Shown here piece by piece: positions 39,792 to 53,244 of a stretch of DNA of 64,000 nt (positions within the stretch are counted from its first letter, which is position 1; every line of letters begins with the position of its first letter). The stretch is from Saccostrea cucullata. Lineage: Eukaryota. Location: the NCBI RefSeq assembly GCF_032062105.1, contig NW_026919405.1:62001-126000 (forward strand), read 5' to 3'. Below the pieces are notes generated by a model. It did no database searches. It had not been told where the DNA came from and was given only the letters and a program-made list of their open reading frames with translations. The translations under genes and the position numbers were made by a program.

Positions 39792-42700
39792 ATGGTAGTG
39801 CTAAAACCTAAAAGTAGCAGCTTCAATTCCTTGTGGTGTATCGTGTACTGTGTCATTGCCGTGGGAGTGCAGTGTTTTATTTCCTACAGGAACATTTCCG
39901 ATTATCAGGAATCTCTCCGGAACCAGTGGAATCGTGACACTCCGTCAGGGGTCGGGGTAAAACTAGGACTAACTATTGTGTCTTTCATTATCCTTCCGTT
40001 TTTCATTTTATCCTCTGTGTTTAGGACGGGTAACTATGGAAATGACGGGTTTAAACTTGGCCGGGATCATGCCATCTGTCCGGCCTCTGTGGGTATATTG
40101 GAACACATAGGGTCTGATTTGGGGCGTCGTCTGTGGAAATACGCCCCACCCTTCTCTCCGACCCTACACGTGTTATCAGCATTTTGTCTTCTGTTTCCTG
40201 ACGTTTTGATAACAGCAAAGGAAATCCAACTCTATATTCAATCAACAGGTATGTACTCTCTCTCTCTCTTTCCGACAGTTTCTGTATAACCTGTCTAAAG
40301 CAATCAACTACCTAGAAGCGATATCAGATAATTTGATAATAACATAATCAAATTTTGGTCATAAACTAGATCGTGTAATCCTGTTGTGAATTTATCTTTT
40401 AAATATACATTGATGCTGTATCAAAGATCTTGATAACAATTCAAAAATCACGAATGATAATGATGTATTTTCTGTTCGTGATCAAATGTTTTATGCCATG
40501 TATCCCTTAGTTCGGATCACCGTGAATTGGGAATTACGATCTCCTGAATAGTACAGAAACTTTATACATCTGAAGCACAGGTATAAAAAAAATTGTGTGT
40601 GTTTTTTTCACTGGGTACCTAGTTTCGCTAATAAAATATTTTTTATTCGAATAAAATTTATTTCATAAACTATGTTAATGTCAAAGCTCATTCCGAAATT
40701 CCATATATTTCTTGAGATATTCTGAAATCAATTTCAAAAATGACCTACTTTCTTTTACTCGACAATTTGGCCATTCACATGTAAACAGACGGTGTTTGAA
40801 GTGCGGCGAAGAAAGTATTTGCAAAATCTTTCAACAATTTAAAGTTGATTTCTTACTACAGATTGTAACGTTAAGTCCGTAATAATATTCCATTCACGAA
40901 AAATTAATTTGAAAACGTCTACATCAACAACTACCGCCATGTTGATTACGAATGTAAATGAAGCCATGGTAGAACGAATTTTTCCCGGAATGCATTATAT
41001 ACCTTTCGATTTTCAAAACAATTAGACCACTAAAATGTTGTTTATGACTTAGTCACACTATATGTTCAAATTAAAGAAAAACCTTGTAAAGCTTGAATGC
41101 AAATGAGCAAATATTCATTGAGTTTAGATAAATTGGGGTCAGCTTTACAATTAGTGAAGGCCCAAGCTGATGTCGAGTAAAAAAATTATTGTCAATTTGG
41201 GAATTGATTTCAGAATATCTCGAGAAGTATAAGGAATTACGGAATGGACTTTGGTAGTAATGAAGATTGTTTAGTTTTGAATAGATATGGATAGAAAGTA
41301 AAATTGTAAAGCATTTGATTTAAAAGAATTTTATTGGCGAAAGGCTCCCATGAAAAGAGTTCCATACCTTTATTTTTTTTTTTCAACACCTCAACAGAAA
41401 ATCTAAAGTATAATTTTATCACCCGACGTGCAGATCAGTTTTATTTCACTATGTCAAGGCATTCAATGTACATGTATAATGAACAGGTTTTGAATGATTT
41501 TAAATAAATTAGTTGCATAATTTAATAAAGAGAGGGTTTATGCATATTTTCACCAAGAGATTTGTTTGCTATTCAAATTACTTTTACAATATTTGGTATG
41601 TGCTTATATTCAATGTGTTGCAAATAATCAAAATTTTGTAAATTCCTTTGGTGGAGCATTTTTATTTGATAACATCTTCAAAATGCTACCATGATTAAAG
41701 ATATCGGATCATTCATTTATTAGATACAAAATATGGTTGTTATACATTGAATACCTTAATGTAAATACAAGTATCACGCCTGTTCAAATGCTGGTATACA
41801 ATCTCCATAGAGATAAAAAGTTTTTTTTAAATTTTTTTTTCATCAGCCGCGACCAAGGATCAATACCCTATGATATCTACCAAGCTTGTCTTACAAATCT
41901 ATACATCTCGGGCGTACTTAATCAGATTTGGGGTCAGGATTTCTCGCACCTGCTTGTCTTCAGTCAGTGACCAGTGGTCAGACTGACCAGACACAGAAAA
42001 TAAACAAGTGGTTCTCCTTGATGGCAATCTCCTGGAAGTCGTACATTTCAAACAATGTGGGATATGATATTTTGTGTTTGCATCTTTGCATTATATTCTT
42101 TGTTGCAAATATTCTTTTTTCCCCCTATTTTGAGAGGAAATAATAATTTTATAAAATCATTTTTATTCGATTTTTTATTCCATTAGATTATAAAGAATGT
42201 ATCACTGTCACCCAGTTTTAGCGCCCCTATATGCTTTTGTAGATTTAACATCATAATCCCATTTTGCAAGTTTTATAATGTTTTTCGCCAATTGCAATGT
42301 ATGACAAGAGAGCACAATATGAAATCTAAGACCATCTTTCAAATTATACATTGTATCATATGACGAAGGACTCTTGGTCTCTCACAAGTTACAAATTAAG
42401 AAGATTTCATTCGATAAAATAATTAAAGAAAAGTCTTCAGAAGATTTTCAACATTTTAAAGGTGTTTTGAAGTTAACGACAAAAACTTTTTATCAGGAGC
42501 TATTAGAAGCAATTAAGCAATATTTCCTTTATCTAAATCATCAGTAAAATATTTAAATATGTGACATTTTTTGTTACGGGGTTAACTTTTAAATTAAAGG
42601 TATGCCATGTGTGCGTCATTTACTTGTTAAACCTGTCTGAAATTTGATTTTAAAAACCCACACTTTTTATTTTGAAATCTAAATGTGAGGTGTTTTTTTA

Positions 42701-45700
42701 TATAAATAATTTTCTTTCTTCATTTCTTTCTTATTACTAGAATGTACATACTACATGCACTGGGGTATCTAAATTGGAGGTGTTTCTTATTTGTTGAACA
42801 AAATAAATACATGGGACGGAACATCTAAGTTTTATCAATTGATGTCCCAATTCAGATCAAACCCAAAACACACAGAAAAAATTACACCTTTGATTCATTT
42901 GTGTTAGGTTTTCTTAGTCTTGTTCCTCTTTCTTTAAGGATTCGGTTGCGGAGAATTAATCAATAATCAAAATACGCCTTTAATATTTACCTGTCCCCTA
43001 ACCTTTTTTCCCTCTGCGTTTATTTTTTAATTAGCGAGTACACCTTATTCACAGTGTTTTCTATTCTGAATGAAAAGAGATTATTGTTCCATGTTTGCTT
43101 TTTGAAATGCACATGATAAGGTAAAGGCTGGTTGAAACACAGCCATTACAGAGTAAATATAATATTTCTTCATGAATATATTCCTGTCAGCAAATATTTC
43201 TGCCTCATAAATAAAACTCAGATAACGAAAATAGTTTTGAATAGAAGCAGTTGTAATCAGCATTGAGAACATGTGATCTTTCTCAGTTTTTTTGCCGATG
43301 TTAGCTCCAAGAATTCCAGAGCGTCGGATTGTTCTCTTATTTCTGTAATCACAAAAGATATAGATATGTATACAATAGAACAAGGTGTATTTTCGCAGCC
43401 CATCACCTGCCTTGGTGAGAAAACACAAACTGCTTCTTCTTCTGAAAGCAAACCCTGGGGTAATATAAACGTTTATGGGAGCCTGACCCTAAAGATCGCG
43501 AACATGTTTGTAAGACTTGGCACGGTAGAACACAAGCCAAGGTCTATACGGATTTGGAATTTTATCATTTTCTGTATCTTTAATGATTACATGACACATG
43601 TTTTTTACCCTTCCCATGCTGCTAATTTTACAATTTCTGATTTGCATCAACAGCTTTTAATTTCGTGAAGTTATTAAAAGGTAACAGACCCTTACAAGAT
43701 TTTGGGTTTTATGGGTTCATTCATCTCTTTGTAGTTTTATTTTCGTTTTAATCTTAGAAAATCTTATTACTTCAAGAAATCAGGAATAAGCCTCTGAAAT
43801 TGGTGTTTATACATATGTATATAATTGGAAAAGAATGATTTTTCCGACTGTAAATAAATTCTGTTCTGGTATAGAAAATGATTTACTAAAATACAATGCC
43901 GGGCACTGTAACTTCTTTCTTGGCTTAAAATTGACTTTTTGAATTTATCAGCATGCCCTTTTGTCTCGTTTATTTCTCTAGAACCTCCATTTCCAGATAA
44001 TTTGACTGATCTATGGCCTTTTCTTGATACACTTCGTTGACCTTAAACTGTTCTGGCAGCTATTTTGTTGCGATAAATAACTCTATCACTGATATGTAAC
44101 GTCCTGGAACTTGAAGCTGGAAAACGGAACAGAAAAAAATATTACTGTACAATTTTATTAGTGTTCATGCAAAATGTTCTAAAACTGATTAAGTATAATA
44201 TACAGCGATTTTTATCCTTAGCTGACTCCGCTTGCATATGATAATGTTTAATTTTGATGTTTCTCTTGTATTACGGTCTTGTTATAGAGAAAAATATTCC
44301 GTAAATAAAAGCAAAAACAAACAAACAAAAAATGCTTCTCATGTATCATTTGTAAAATTTTAGATTCATTGGTAAAATTTAAATTCACTTCGTGAAAAAG
44401 ACATTTGTCAATTTCATATTTATACTTTGTTCAATAACGTGAAAATTCAAAGTTCACAACATGATCGGTTCATTTTTAGGTGAAATTGCCTGGAATCATT
44501 GAAAAACAGTAAAAAAAAAACTTTACTGCACTATAAAACAGAAACTGGCGTTACGTAAGGTGTTTATTTATCCGCTAAAATCTCGTGAAATGGGAGATAG
44601 GTTATGTATATCTTGAAGAAAATAGATAACATGCTTCATCCATGCCATTCAAGAGAAGAGCGATCTACTGTGTGTTAATCAGCCAAAGATTCCTACACGT
44701 GGCCTGATGAACCGCTAAGACATATTAATTGTTTAGTCACAAATTTTGCGTTCTTGCAGGTATTTATAGATAAATAAAACAGATCATAGAAAGTATTTTT
44801 GACATATCTTCACAAACCAGTCTAAACTAAAGTTTTAAAAGTGCCTCGCCAGGGTTGTAATGTTAGTTAAATGTTGGCTCCTCGGAAAATTTTAAGAATA
44901 TGCTTTTTCTTCAATGAGATACTCAGACTGACACATCGATGGGTCTCGCCAGATCACATTAAATAGGCATGATAAGAATGTTAAAACAAGGAAAAATCAC
45001 TAATGTATGAAGTATAAAGAAACGCAATCTTGCATCTTGTGGTTAACAAGAGGGAACCGATTGGCAGGTATCCATTTCTTTACGAGGATTCTTGTAGCAA
45101 ATATAACTTTCTTCGGAAATATAAGTAGTGTGAGGAGGATATACATATACATGTATCTGAAATTTAACGAAAATACTTTTATGGTCATTTATTCCTCGAA
45201 TGGAAGTCTTAGTTATAGTATATATAGAAATAACTTTTGCGATATATTTCAGATACTTTCAAAATATTCTTTAAAGGGATACAGTGAAATATGGATAATC
45301 CGGATATAGTGTATTTCGAAAATTTTGGCTAATACGATTTAAATATCAGTTCCCTTTCAATTAATTCAATAATTATTTAAAATGTTTTCTAAACCGAATG
45401 TTCGGTCTGCAATCTGACCAATTTCTTTGGAATCAGTGCCGTCCAATTTAGTCAATTTTCATTGTATTTCTTTCCAACGTTTTACTCAGCAAATTCAGAA
45501 GAAAGATCACACACGACTTTGAAAATAGATAAACGCTTTATATATTTATCAGCAAAGACGGCACACTAAATGTACCAAAACAAAAACTGAAAGCTTTTAA
45601 ACACGATCCGGTTGCTTTGCTATGTGATGCTCTGCTTATATTTGTTGAGTAAATACAAACATATAGTGGTAGATATTGATTACTAAAGGGTGTTTTGAAA

Positions 45701-48700
45701 ACTTGTTAAACGATATCTTCATTGTTTGAACAAGGACTCGTTCATCCCTGAAAACAACCATTTACAAAGAATCGGGCGCGGAAAGAGGATTTCGTAGCAT
45801 GGCGCCTTTCCTCAGCATTCCTTGCAATAAATATGCAGTGGATTGCATACAGAGATGTTTATCGCTCGACGGAATTCCATGTTGCTCTGTAATATTCTAT
45901 TGTAAATTTTCTACTTCTGGTTTTACTTTCAACGCTTGAGGAATAAAAAGATTCATCTCGCCACAAGAGTAACATATGATAAATGGAGAAGTTTGATGTT
46001 TCTTTTGACAATTAAATATCGATCATTGACTTTTTCCCTTTTTTGGCTTCAATTTTGTCTGAAGTTTGTCATGAATTTCAAAAAAGACCAACTTGGATTT
46101 ACTTTCTTTCGATGTTCTTTCATCTCATATAAATACATGTAGACGCATGGTTCAAATAAACGAACAAAGGACACGTGCATACATCATGCTTAGTTCACTA
46201 TGACACGTGACAAACGTTTGTTACCATCACAGCTGCCGTATTACGTAATAATGTCATCATTTACAATTCCTAGAATTCTATAGTGACTGCAGTCAACGTT
46301 TACTATGTAATGATATTTTCGACGAAAATGATACTAAATGTACATATTCACTGATGCAAATGCTCCTGCAAGTTACTATCTACAATGTGCAAAATATTAT
46401 AGATTCAGAAAAATAATAGAACAGTACATGTTTAAAAAAGTGTACATGTATTCGCTTGTAAATTGAGTAATGAAATATTCGTAAAGGGATAATAAATTCG
46501 AATACGATATTTTGTCATAGCAAATAACCTCCACATGCCATCTTCCAGTAGTACAGTACCTATTACTTAGCAGCGAAACGCTATTCGCAGCGACCAAAAC
46601 CAAATTACATCCTAGAATTACAGCCTTGTACTTTTTGGCACAGGAAACAATAAGATATACATGTAGTGGTGTTTTTCTTCTTCTTGCTCATATTTTATGT
46701 ACAGTTACGTTCGGCTGCAAGCATGCATGCATTGATGAATATAATATAACTACCGCTAAATTTATCATTTTTTGTATAAAGAATATAGACAAAGTCTAGT
46801 CACTTCTTGAAAGAGAGCAGGGATTTATAAAGAACCATGATTCAATAATAAAATAACTAGACGTTTTACCAAAGAACGTCTTCCATTTGTCACAATTAAC
46901 AAATGAATCGAACATCGTTAACATATAATTAATACATGTACTTCGAAAAGATCAAAGTCAATCTGACCATAAACTTATTCCTTTATTTTAAAATTGATAA
47001 GAGTTTCAAAATTTAACTTTTGATACGATTTAAAATTGTATGTAAGCTTTAAAAGGAAATATGGAACCTATATTCAACTCAGAAGTAAAAGTACTTGTCG
47101 TTTGACCTAAACAAATCCGCAGCTGACCAAACAAGTATCTCTGAAAATTCGGTGTCAAGGAGGAGTGAGCATCCCCTGCCCACTGTCATGATCGGGAAAG
47201 AAAGGAAATCCGTAAACAATTTAGTGTGTAAATGGCCTAACAATAGTCTGAAAAAGTCCATCAGCATTTGACTCAGTGATACATTGTATTTTCTGACAAG
47301 GGCATCATGTCGACCATAGAACTTGCAAAATGATACCTTGAACGAGATTGTTGATATTCTTGTTAAAAACTCATATTTTTCGAGTTAATTTAAAAATAAA
47401 CTTTTACCACTCTAACCAGATAACAATATGATGAGCTTTTCGTGTATTTTATAACTGTAAAGGGCTGTGAAGCCTCGGGAATCTTAGACAGGTTCAAATA
47501 CACGCGTTACGTACAAACAAAACATTTCCTGTGATTCTTCGCTATCTTAAGGAAAACAACGGGTTATTCTGGTTATTAAATTAAGGTTTTTCCCCTGAAG
47601 TTTGTTATACAATATTATCAAGTTCAACTAAGATAGTTCAAAGTATTTAAATTTAAAGACATTAAAATCTCCATAGGATGTAAAATGTTCAGACATTTTG
47701 ATACCTGCTCAAGTGCTTTCAATTTCGTTTGTAAATTTGTTAAAAAGTTTTTTCGTCGCTTTGAGATAGGGTGGTGTGTAAATCAAAATTTAACAAAGTT
47801 AGTGGTTCCAATTTGTCGTGGCTCACGTAATGTGTATCGCAGTAAAGCTCTACAACTAATCGTAATAAATGGAGCATTCACAACTGATCTACAAGAAACA
47901 ATCCAGACCTCATTTAACAGAAATCAAAATAGAAAGTTTAACTTCGTCGTGTGTCTTAAGTTATCTGATTGACACGTTCTAATGTAATCGGTTATTTAAA
48001 TTCAAACAAATCTGTTCCAGTGTACTGACATACACTTTGTTGTAGATGCACTTTCCAAAATAGTTAGGGAAAACTTTAAGTTTTTACCCCTGTCGTCCTG
48101 TATACTAACTTTTTCCTTAAACTTTTTTTACAGTAAGTTCCATCAGTTTAATCTTTGGCAGTATATTTTATGGTGTCCTTAACATGCACAATAAAGGTTT
48201 TGAGCTCATGTGTCCAGTTCTTTTACCGCTGAAATCAATTGGTGTTTGAAAACAAATGTTTTCAATTTGTACCAAAAAATCAGGTTCTCGGAACTCCATA
48301 CATTTCACATAGAAGCCAAAGTAGCCTTTGGAAATGTGATTGATGATTTCCTGTAGGTATATGCTATACGGTTTTTGGAATTTTTATACAGGAGCTTGAT
48401 CGGGGGCCGAAAAGGACGTTTTTCTTCAAAACCCCATTCATGGAGAACTTCTATACATTTCGCACAGAAACAAACTTTACTTTTCATATATTACAATATA
48501 ATTGATGTGTTCTCGCAGATGTGCAGTAAGTTTAGGAATTTAATTTTCATATTCATCTGGGAGACCAATATTAACCGAAAACAACGTTTTCCTACCCCAG
48601 AAAATGGCCACGATTGATTATATGGACTTTTGTCCATTTTGTACGAGGTCCAAGATCCACATGCTCACCTGAACATTTTGTATTCAATTTTCACATGTAC

Positions 48701-51700
48701 ATGATATAATTTCTATTGTGGCTTCTTTGTTATAGCTTAGCTAGCTTAGATGGTCCACCTAATCGCTGGTATTAGTGACAGCTTCTAAGTCCTACGGAGT
48801 TTATAACTATTGTGCCGCAATATGAATCTACACTTAAATATTTAAGTGCCAAATCCTGTCTTCTTGAAATATGAAGCTATTTGGAAGGGAAAAGAAGTCT
48901 TTGAGACACCTGTTCTTTCTGAGTGCCTTACTCCAGACAGGTGTTTTCAATGACTTTGTTCCGATGATGTGTGCATGTATGTACGGATGTTTGCTTTTAC
49001 AAACCTGTTGATCTGTGAAACTGAGAGAAACTGTTTAGAATAAGCAAAGTTTATCTGATCACCGTAAAAGAATCTGTTTGATCTGAAAAAACTTGTTATG
49101 TAATGCCAACATAAATATCCCGACCACTATGAAGTTCTATCCATTCCCATTTGTTTAATGAGTAGGTACATGACTTTTCTTGTTTGTTTAAAACTCGTGT
49201 CTAATCTTCAATTAAACAAAAAAAGATTTCAAATGTCAAATTGCCTAGAACTTTTCAAAACAGCTAAATTACTTGCCGTATATTGGAATATTGAAAGTTA
49301 CTTTAAAAAATAATAAATTATGCTGAGTTGCCCATTTCCTTTATTTTTCATTCTCTCTTTTTATTTTGCAATATTTCTAACCAAACATATAAACACCGTT
49401 AAAAAGGGTGAAGCCTTGGCACAAATTCGGAACACCCACTCAGAGGGACCATGTGTTCTATTGTTTTTAATTGATTTTTCTCACGTTTGTTTCACGGTTC
49501 GTTAAAATCCTGACGATCCGTCACATGACTGTTCAGCGTAACCAGAGGGGCTTCTCTTTCTGGGTCTTCCCCCCATTGTCTTCATGTATCTTTGGCAGAT
49601 TCCCATTCCTTATTAACGAAAATGTTCGTCGTCAAAACAAATCTGCAGATTTTGCAGTACGCTCGGCTTGTTTGAGTGGATATCGACAAAATACAATACA
49701 GACGGATTGGTCTTAATGAATTTGTAACCTACCGTATCAGAGCCTATCACGATCTCTGCTGATGGACAAGCAATCATTTCCAATCATAGTTTCAAGGGGG
49801 TTAAACTATATTCATACTTTCTAGTGCTTTTGTATCGCATGTTGGAAGTTTTTGTACATTCATTTTCTCCAAAAATCAATTTAATTTACTCTCTAATTAG
49901 TATTTAGAACAAACACCCATCAGAATTGAAAAATGAAATTTGCAACCTATCTCTTTATATTTTCGTTCCTGCTATTTGCGAGGTGAGGAGAAGACATAAT
50001 TTATTTGTGTTGCATGTGGTCCTGGTGCCTTTCATTAGAATGAAAGTCATCGTGTTGGAATTCGGTTTATTTTGGCCAAGTGTTTTTTAAACAAATTAAT
50101 GTAACAGGTGATATGTTGTTTAAAGGCAGTCTGCTTGAATTTCTAAGTAACATTATTAACAATTTTATTCTTTAAAACGGGTTTCTATATCTATAAATGA
50201 CTGGGCTGTTTAGAATTATGCAAAATTGTGGCTATAGTATCTAGTTAACCTTATATTCAGATAAACATTGTGTTTCTTTGAACCATTATTTCTATCTGGG
50301 TCTCCGTAGAAAGTGTTCAAAATTGCTTAAATTGCCGAAATACCGGTAAATAAGATTCAATTCACGAGCTTTAATTAAGAAATGGTTCTTTCACTTTACC
50401 CATTCAACCTTTTCAATTAAGGACGACCAGGAAATTTAGATTTAAGCTTCATCAGCTGTTCATTCATTTGCTTGTAATGGTACTGTATCACTGCAGATGT
50501 TGCTCCACTGATGCTGAGTTTGTCAATCGTGACGATATCTGAGCTTTCGCAATAATAACGTTTTATTCTTCATAACTACCCAATGGCTAAAAAAACCATA
50601 TAAATTATTGATTTTGAGGTCAAAGGTCATCACAAATCCATACATTTTGTATGTTTGTATCGCTTTCATTTCAAACATTAAAGATATTTTTTTAAAACTT
50701 AATTTTAATATCATGAAATAACTTTTTTTTACCTCAAGGAGAGCCCATATTTATTTTGTGTAAAAATAGCAAAGGTCAAGGTCAGAGTTCATATATAAGA
50801 TCAAGCTTTCAAAGTTCATATATACATTCTGTCAATGTGTAACAATTGTTTCCGGAAAGCCATCCTTAAAAGCCTTTGAGGTTTTTGCAATGAAATTTGG
50901 AATTTTTAGTAAATACTAGTACATATTTGAAATTTGGAATGTTTAAAATGACATATATCTGTTAATTTTAATTTTTAGGTCAAAAAGTTAAAAAAAAAAA
51001 AAAACAGGTCAAAAATTTGTATTTTGCATATAAACACTTCATATTCCTTCTCGTTCAAAGCTTTTGCAATGAAACATAAGGTCATGAATTTCTTTAACCT
51101 AAAAGATTTTTTTCCTGGACCGTGGATGGTGCAGAAATTTTCTGAATTAGCTTGTATTTTATTGATTTTTTTAACATTATAAAAAAAAATTGCACATTAA
51201 ATATTTGTGGCATCACAATTGGTATCGGAACTCTCATTTGTTATGAACAAACGTCTTGTGACCGATATAAAGGGATAAACAAAATTATGAAACGATATAC
51301 ATATTTAGGTAAATATATACACAGATGGCTTTATTCAATATCTACTCCAAAGTTTTGAGAACCTGTCCTTTGTAACAGAAATAACTTGTATTATTCATCT
51401 TATTTTCAGAGTCAATATGGAGGACAGAAATTGACTTCCTGTATTCTGACGTCAGATCATTAACCAGTGATTTCCTCGCAAAAAATATCAGCGCCGTGGG
51501 ATTGGCCAACTTCACGGGTTATTCTCCAGAAACTGCTTACATCACTCCGAATTTCCTCAACTTTGTGTTCGCGTTTGTGACGTTCGCAATGCGTTACTCT
51601 GCAGTTTTCTGGTATACAAACAAAACTCTCTCATTTATTTTCGCCATTGAGCTTCTTTTCATGACCTTTGATTCAATTTTTATGTATGCAGGATTTTCTA

Positions 51701-53244
51701 TTTTGTACAAATTAAGTTCATCATCAAACCGATTCGAACACCCCCTTGACCTTATTTTGAATTCAAATGGAATTCTGGGATTGTATATTGTGAGCGGTGT
51801 CGTTGTGTTTTTCTCGTCGTATGTTGTGTTTGAATACAGTGCTTATCATTTCATGGAAAAATTCAGGAAAGTGGACAGAAAACACAATCCAGATAATTAC
51901 AAAAACGAATCTGTGATTTCAAAAGGAACCTGTAATGGGTATTTCTCACATTCGAGTGCTGTTGTGATTTTTATTTTACTGGCGGTCTTCCGTGGTCCTA
52001 TTTATTATGACGTTATAGCAGTTTACCGTCTGACGTCAGACGGCTGTCTTTTGGCATGCCTGGTAGTGGGTGTCTGCTACTTAGTCACGTGGATTTTCTT
52101 GTGGACTTTATTAACAATCAAGCAGGAATGGATGTTCCGAATTCTTGACTACGCCAACGTTGGTCAGCCGATATTTGTGATAAAGAGCGACCGACTTTCA
52201 AAAACGAACTCCATCTCGATAGGTTCGGTTGAGCTTAAAGACATGAGTCTGGACAGAAGGCGAGGACCAGGGTCTGTGCCGAGTATTGACATCACGCCGA
52301 GTGAGAGTGGATTTGATGAATGTGAGGTAGGATTATCATCAGAGGACGATCGCTACGGAACAGCGTTATCTCCCGTAAATGAGGACAGTATTGAAAATGT
52401 CTTCCCTAATGACGTTATAGTGCGCAGAAATCGACACAGACGAAGCGGACCGCGTTGCGTCACATTCCACGACCCAGTGCGTCATTCTCTTGGAAGTTTG
52501 TGTGACAGAGATACTGGGCGGAGTCGATCACCGGTTCAGGGCGATAATAAAGTTAACGTGGTGGCGGATGTTCACCGCCTCGGGCCTCGGTCTCAGTTTC
52601 AGAGGCGGAGCTCGGATCCGGAAATGAAACAAGTATCCAAAAGACGCCATAACAACATAATGCTAGCTGCCATGAGAAACAGCACAATAAATTCTGAAAA
52701 TAAGACTAATGCTGACTATTTGACAAATATAAATGACTTGTCTACCAGTTCAGATGATATTAGAAGTAATGCATCAGAGCCTCTTTTAAGTCGGCCAATG
52801 AGATCGTCCGAAAGTCGAAGGTGCGCTAGTCAAATTGGCAATAAAGCGCCATCTGGTGAACTATCTCCTTACAAACCTTCAAATATAGTTACAGCGGAAG
52901 AACTCACTTCGCCAAAGAGGATATCACAGAGTAATGAAACGTCGATGGACACGTCGCTATCACTGACAGAGAGTGGGATGGCGCAGTCAAATGTAACAGA
53001 CATTACAGCAGTATTGTCGGAAGACGAGTATGAAAACTTTAAAGGTGCTAAGCAGCCTGATATAGTGCCAAACCAACATTCTGGGTCACCCCACAGGGTT
53101 TACCCTAAACCTCAGACTTTCATATCGAACACGAAGGGAGTGTCGAGACGCGATTCGGCGAACTACTCGATGACGTCATCACAAGATACGTCTTCCAACG
53201 ATTCTGACCCCGTGCGACAGCCCGCTTTGTGCAGCCAAGTATGA
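39792..53244 (+). CDS. tinc: Tincar-like multipass membrane protein, 2 coding exons, 763 aa
   Basis: Exons 39792-40248 (donor caacag|gtatgt) and 51410-53244 (acceptor ttttcag|agtc) join in frame (2292 nt). NSLW..Y, GNYGNDGFKLG, LW..APP, CLLFP and IWRTEIDF match Drosophila tincar as recalled. Long disordered Ser-rich tail ending SQV. Confidence 0.85.
40579..41369. mobile_element. Long-TIR (Kolobok-like) non-autonomous element in the tinc intron
   Basis: ~190-bp imperfect inverted ends including ttgagatattctgaaatcaattt..ttttactcgaca / tgtcgagtaaaa..aattgatttcagaatatctcga. Confidence 0.65.
47110..47350 (-). mobile_element. Penelope-like remnant (same family as 13437-13720)
   Basis: Reverse complement reads ..gcaagttctatggtcgacatgat..aaatacaatgtatcactgagtcaaatgctga..ggcaggggatgctcactcct. 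Confidence 0.5.

Noticed and set aside
41737-49716. Short ORFs inside the 11-kb tinc intron as extra exons or nested genes
   Set aside because: The two identified exons join in frame through conserved sequence; the intronic ORFs are low-complexity, mostly non-ATG and lack motifs.
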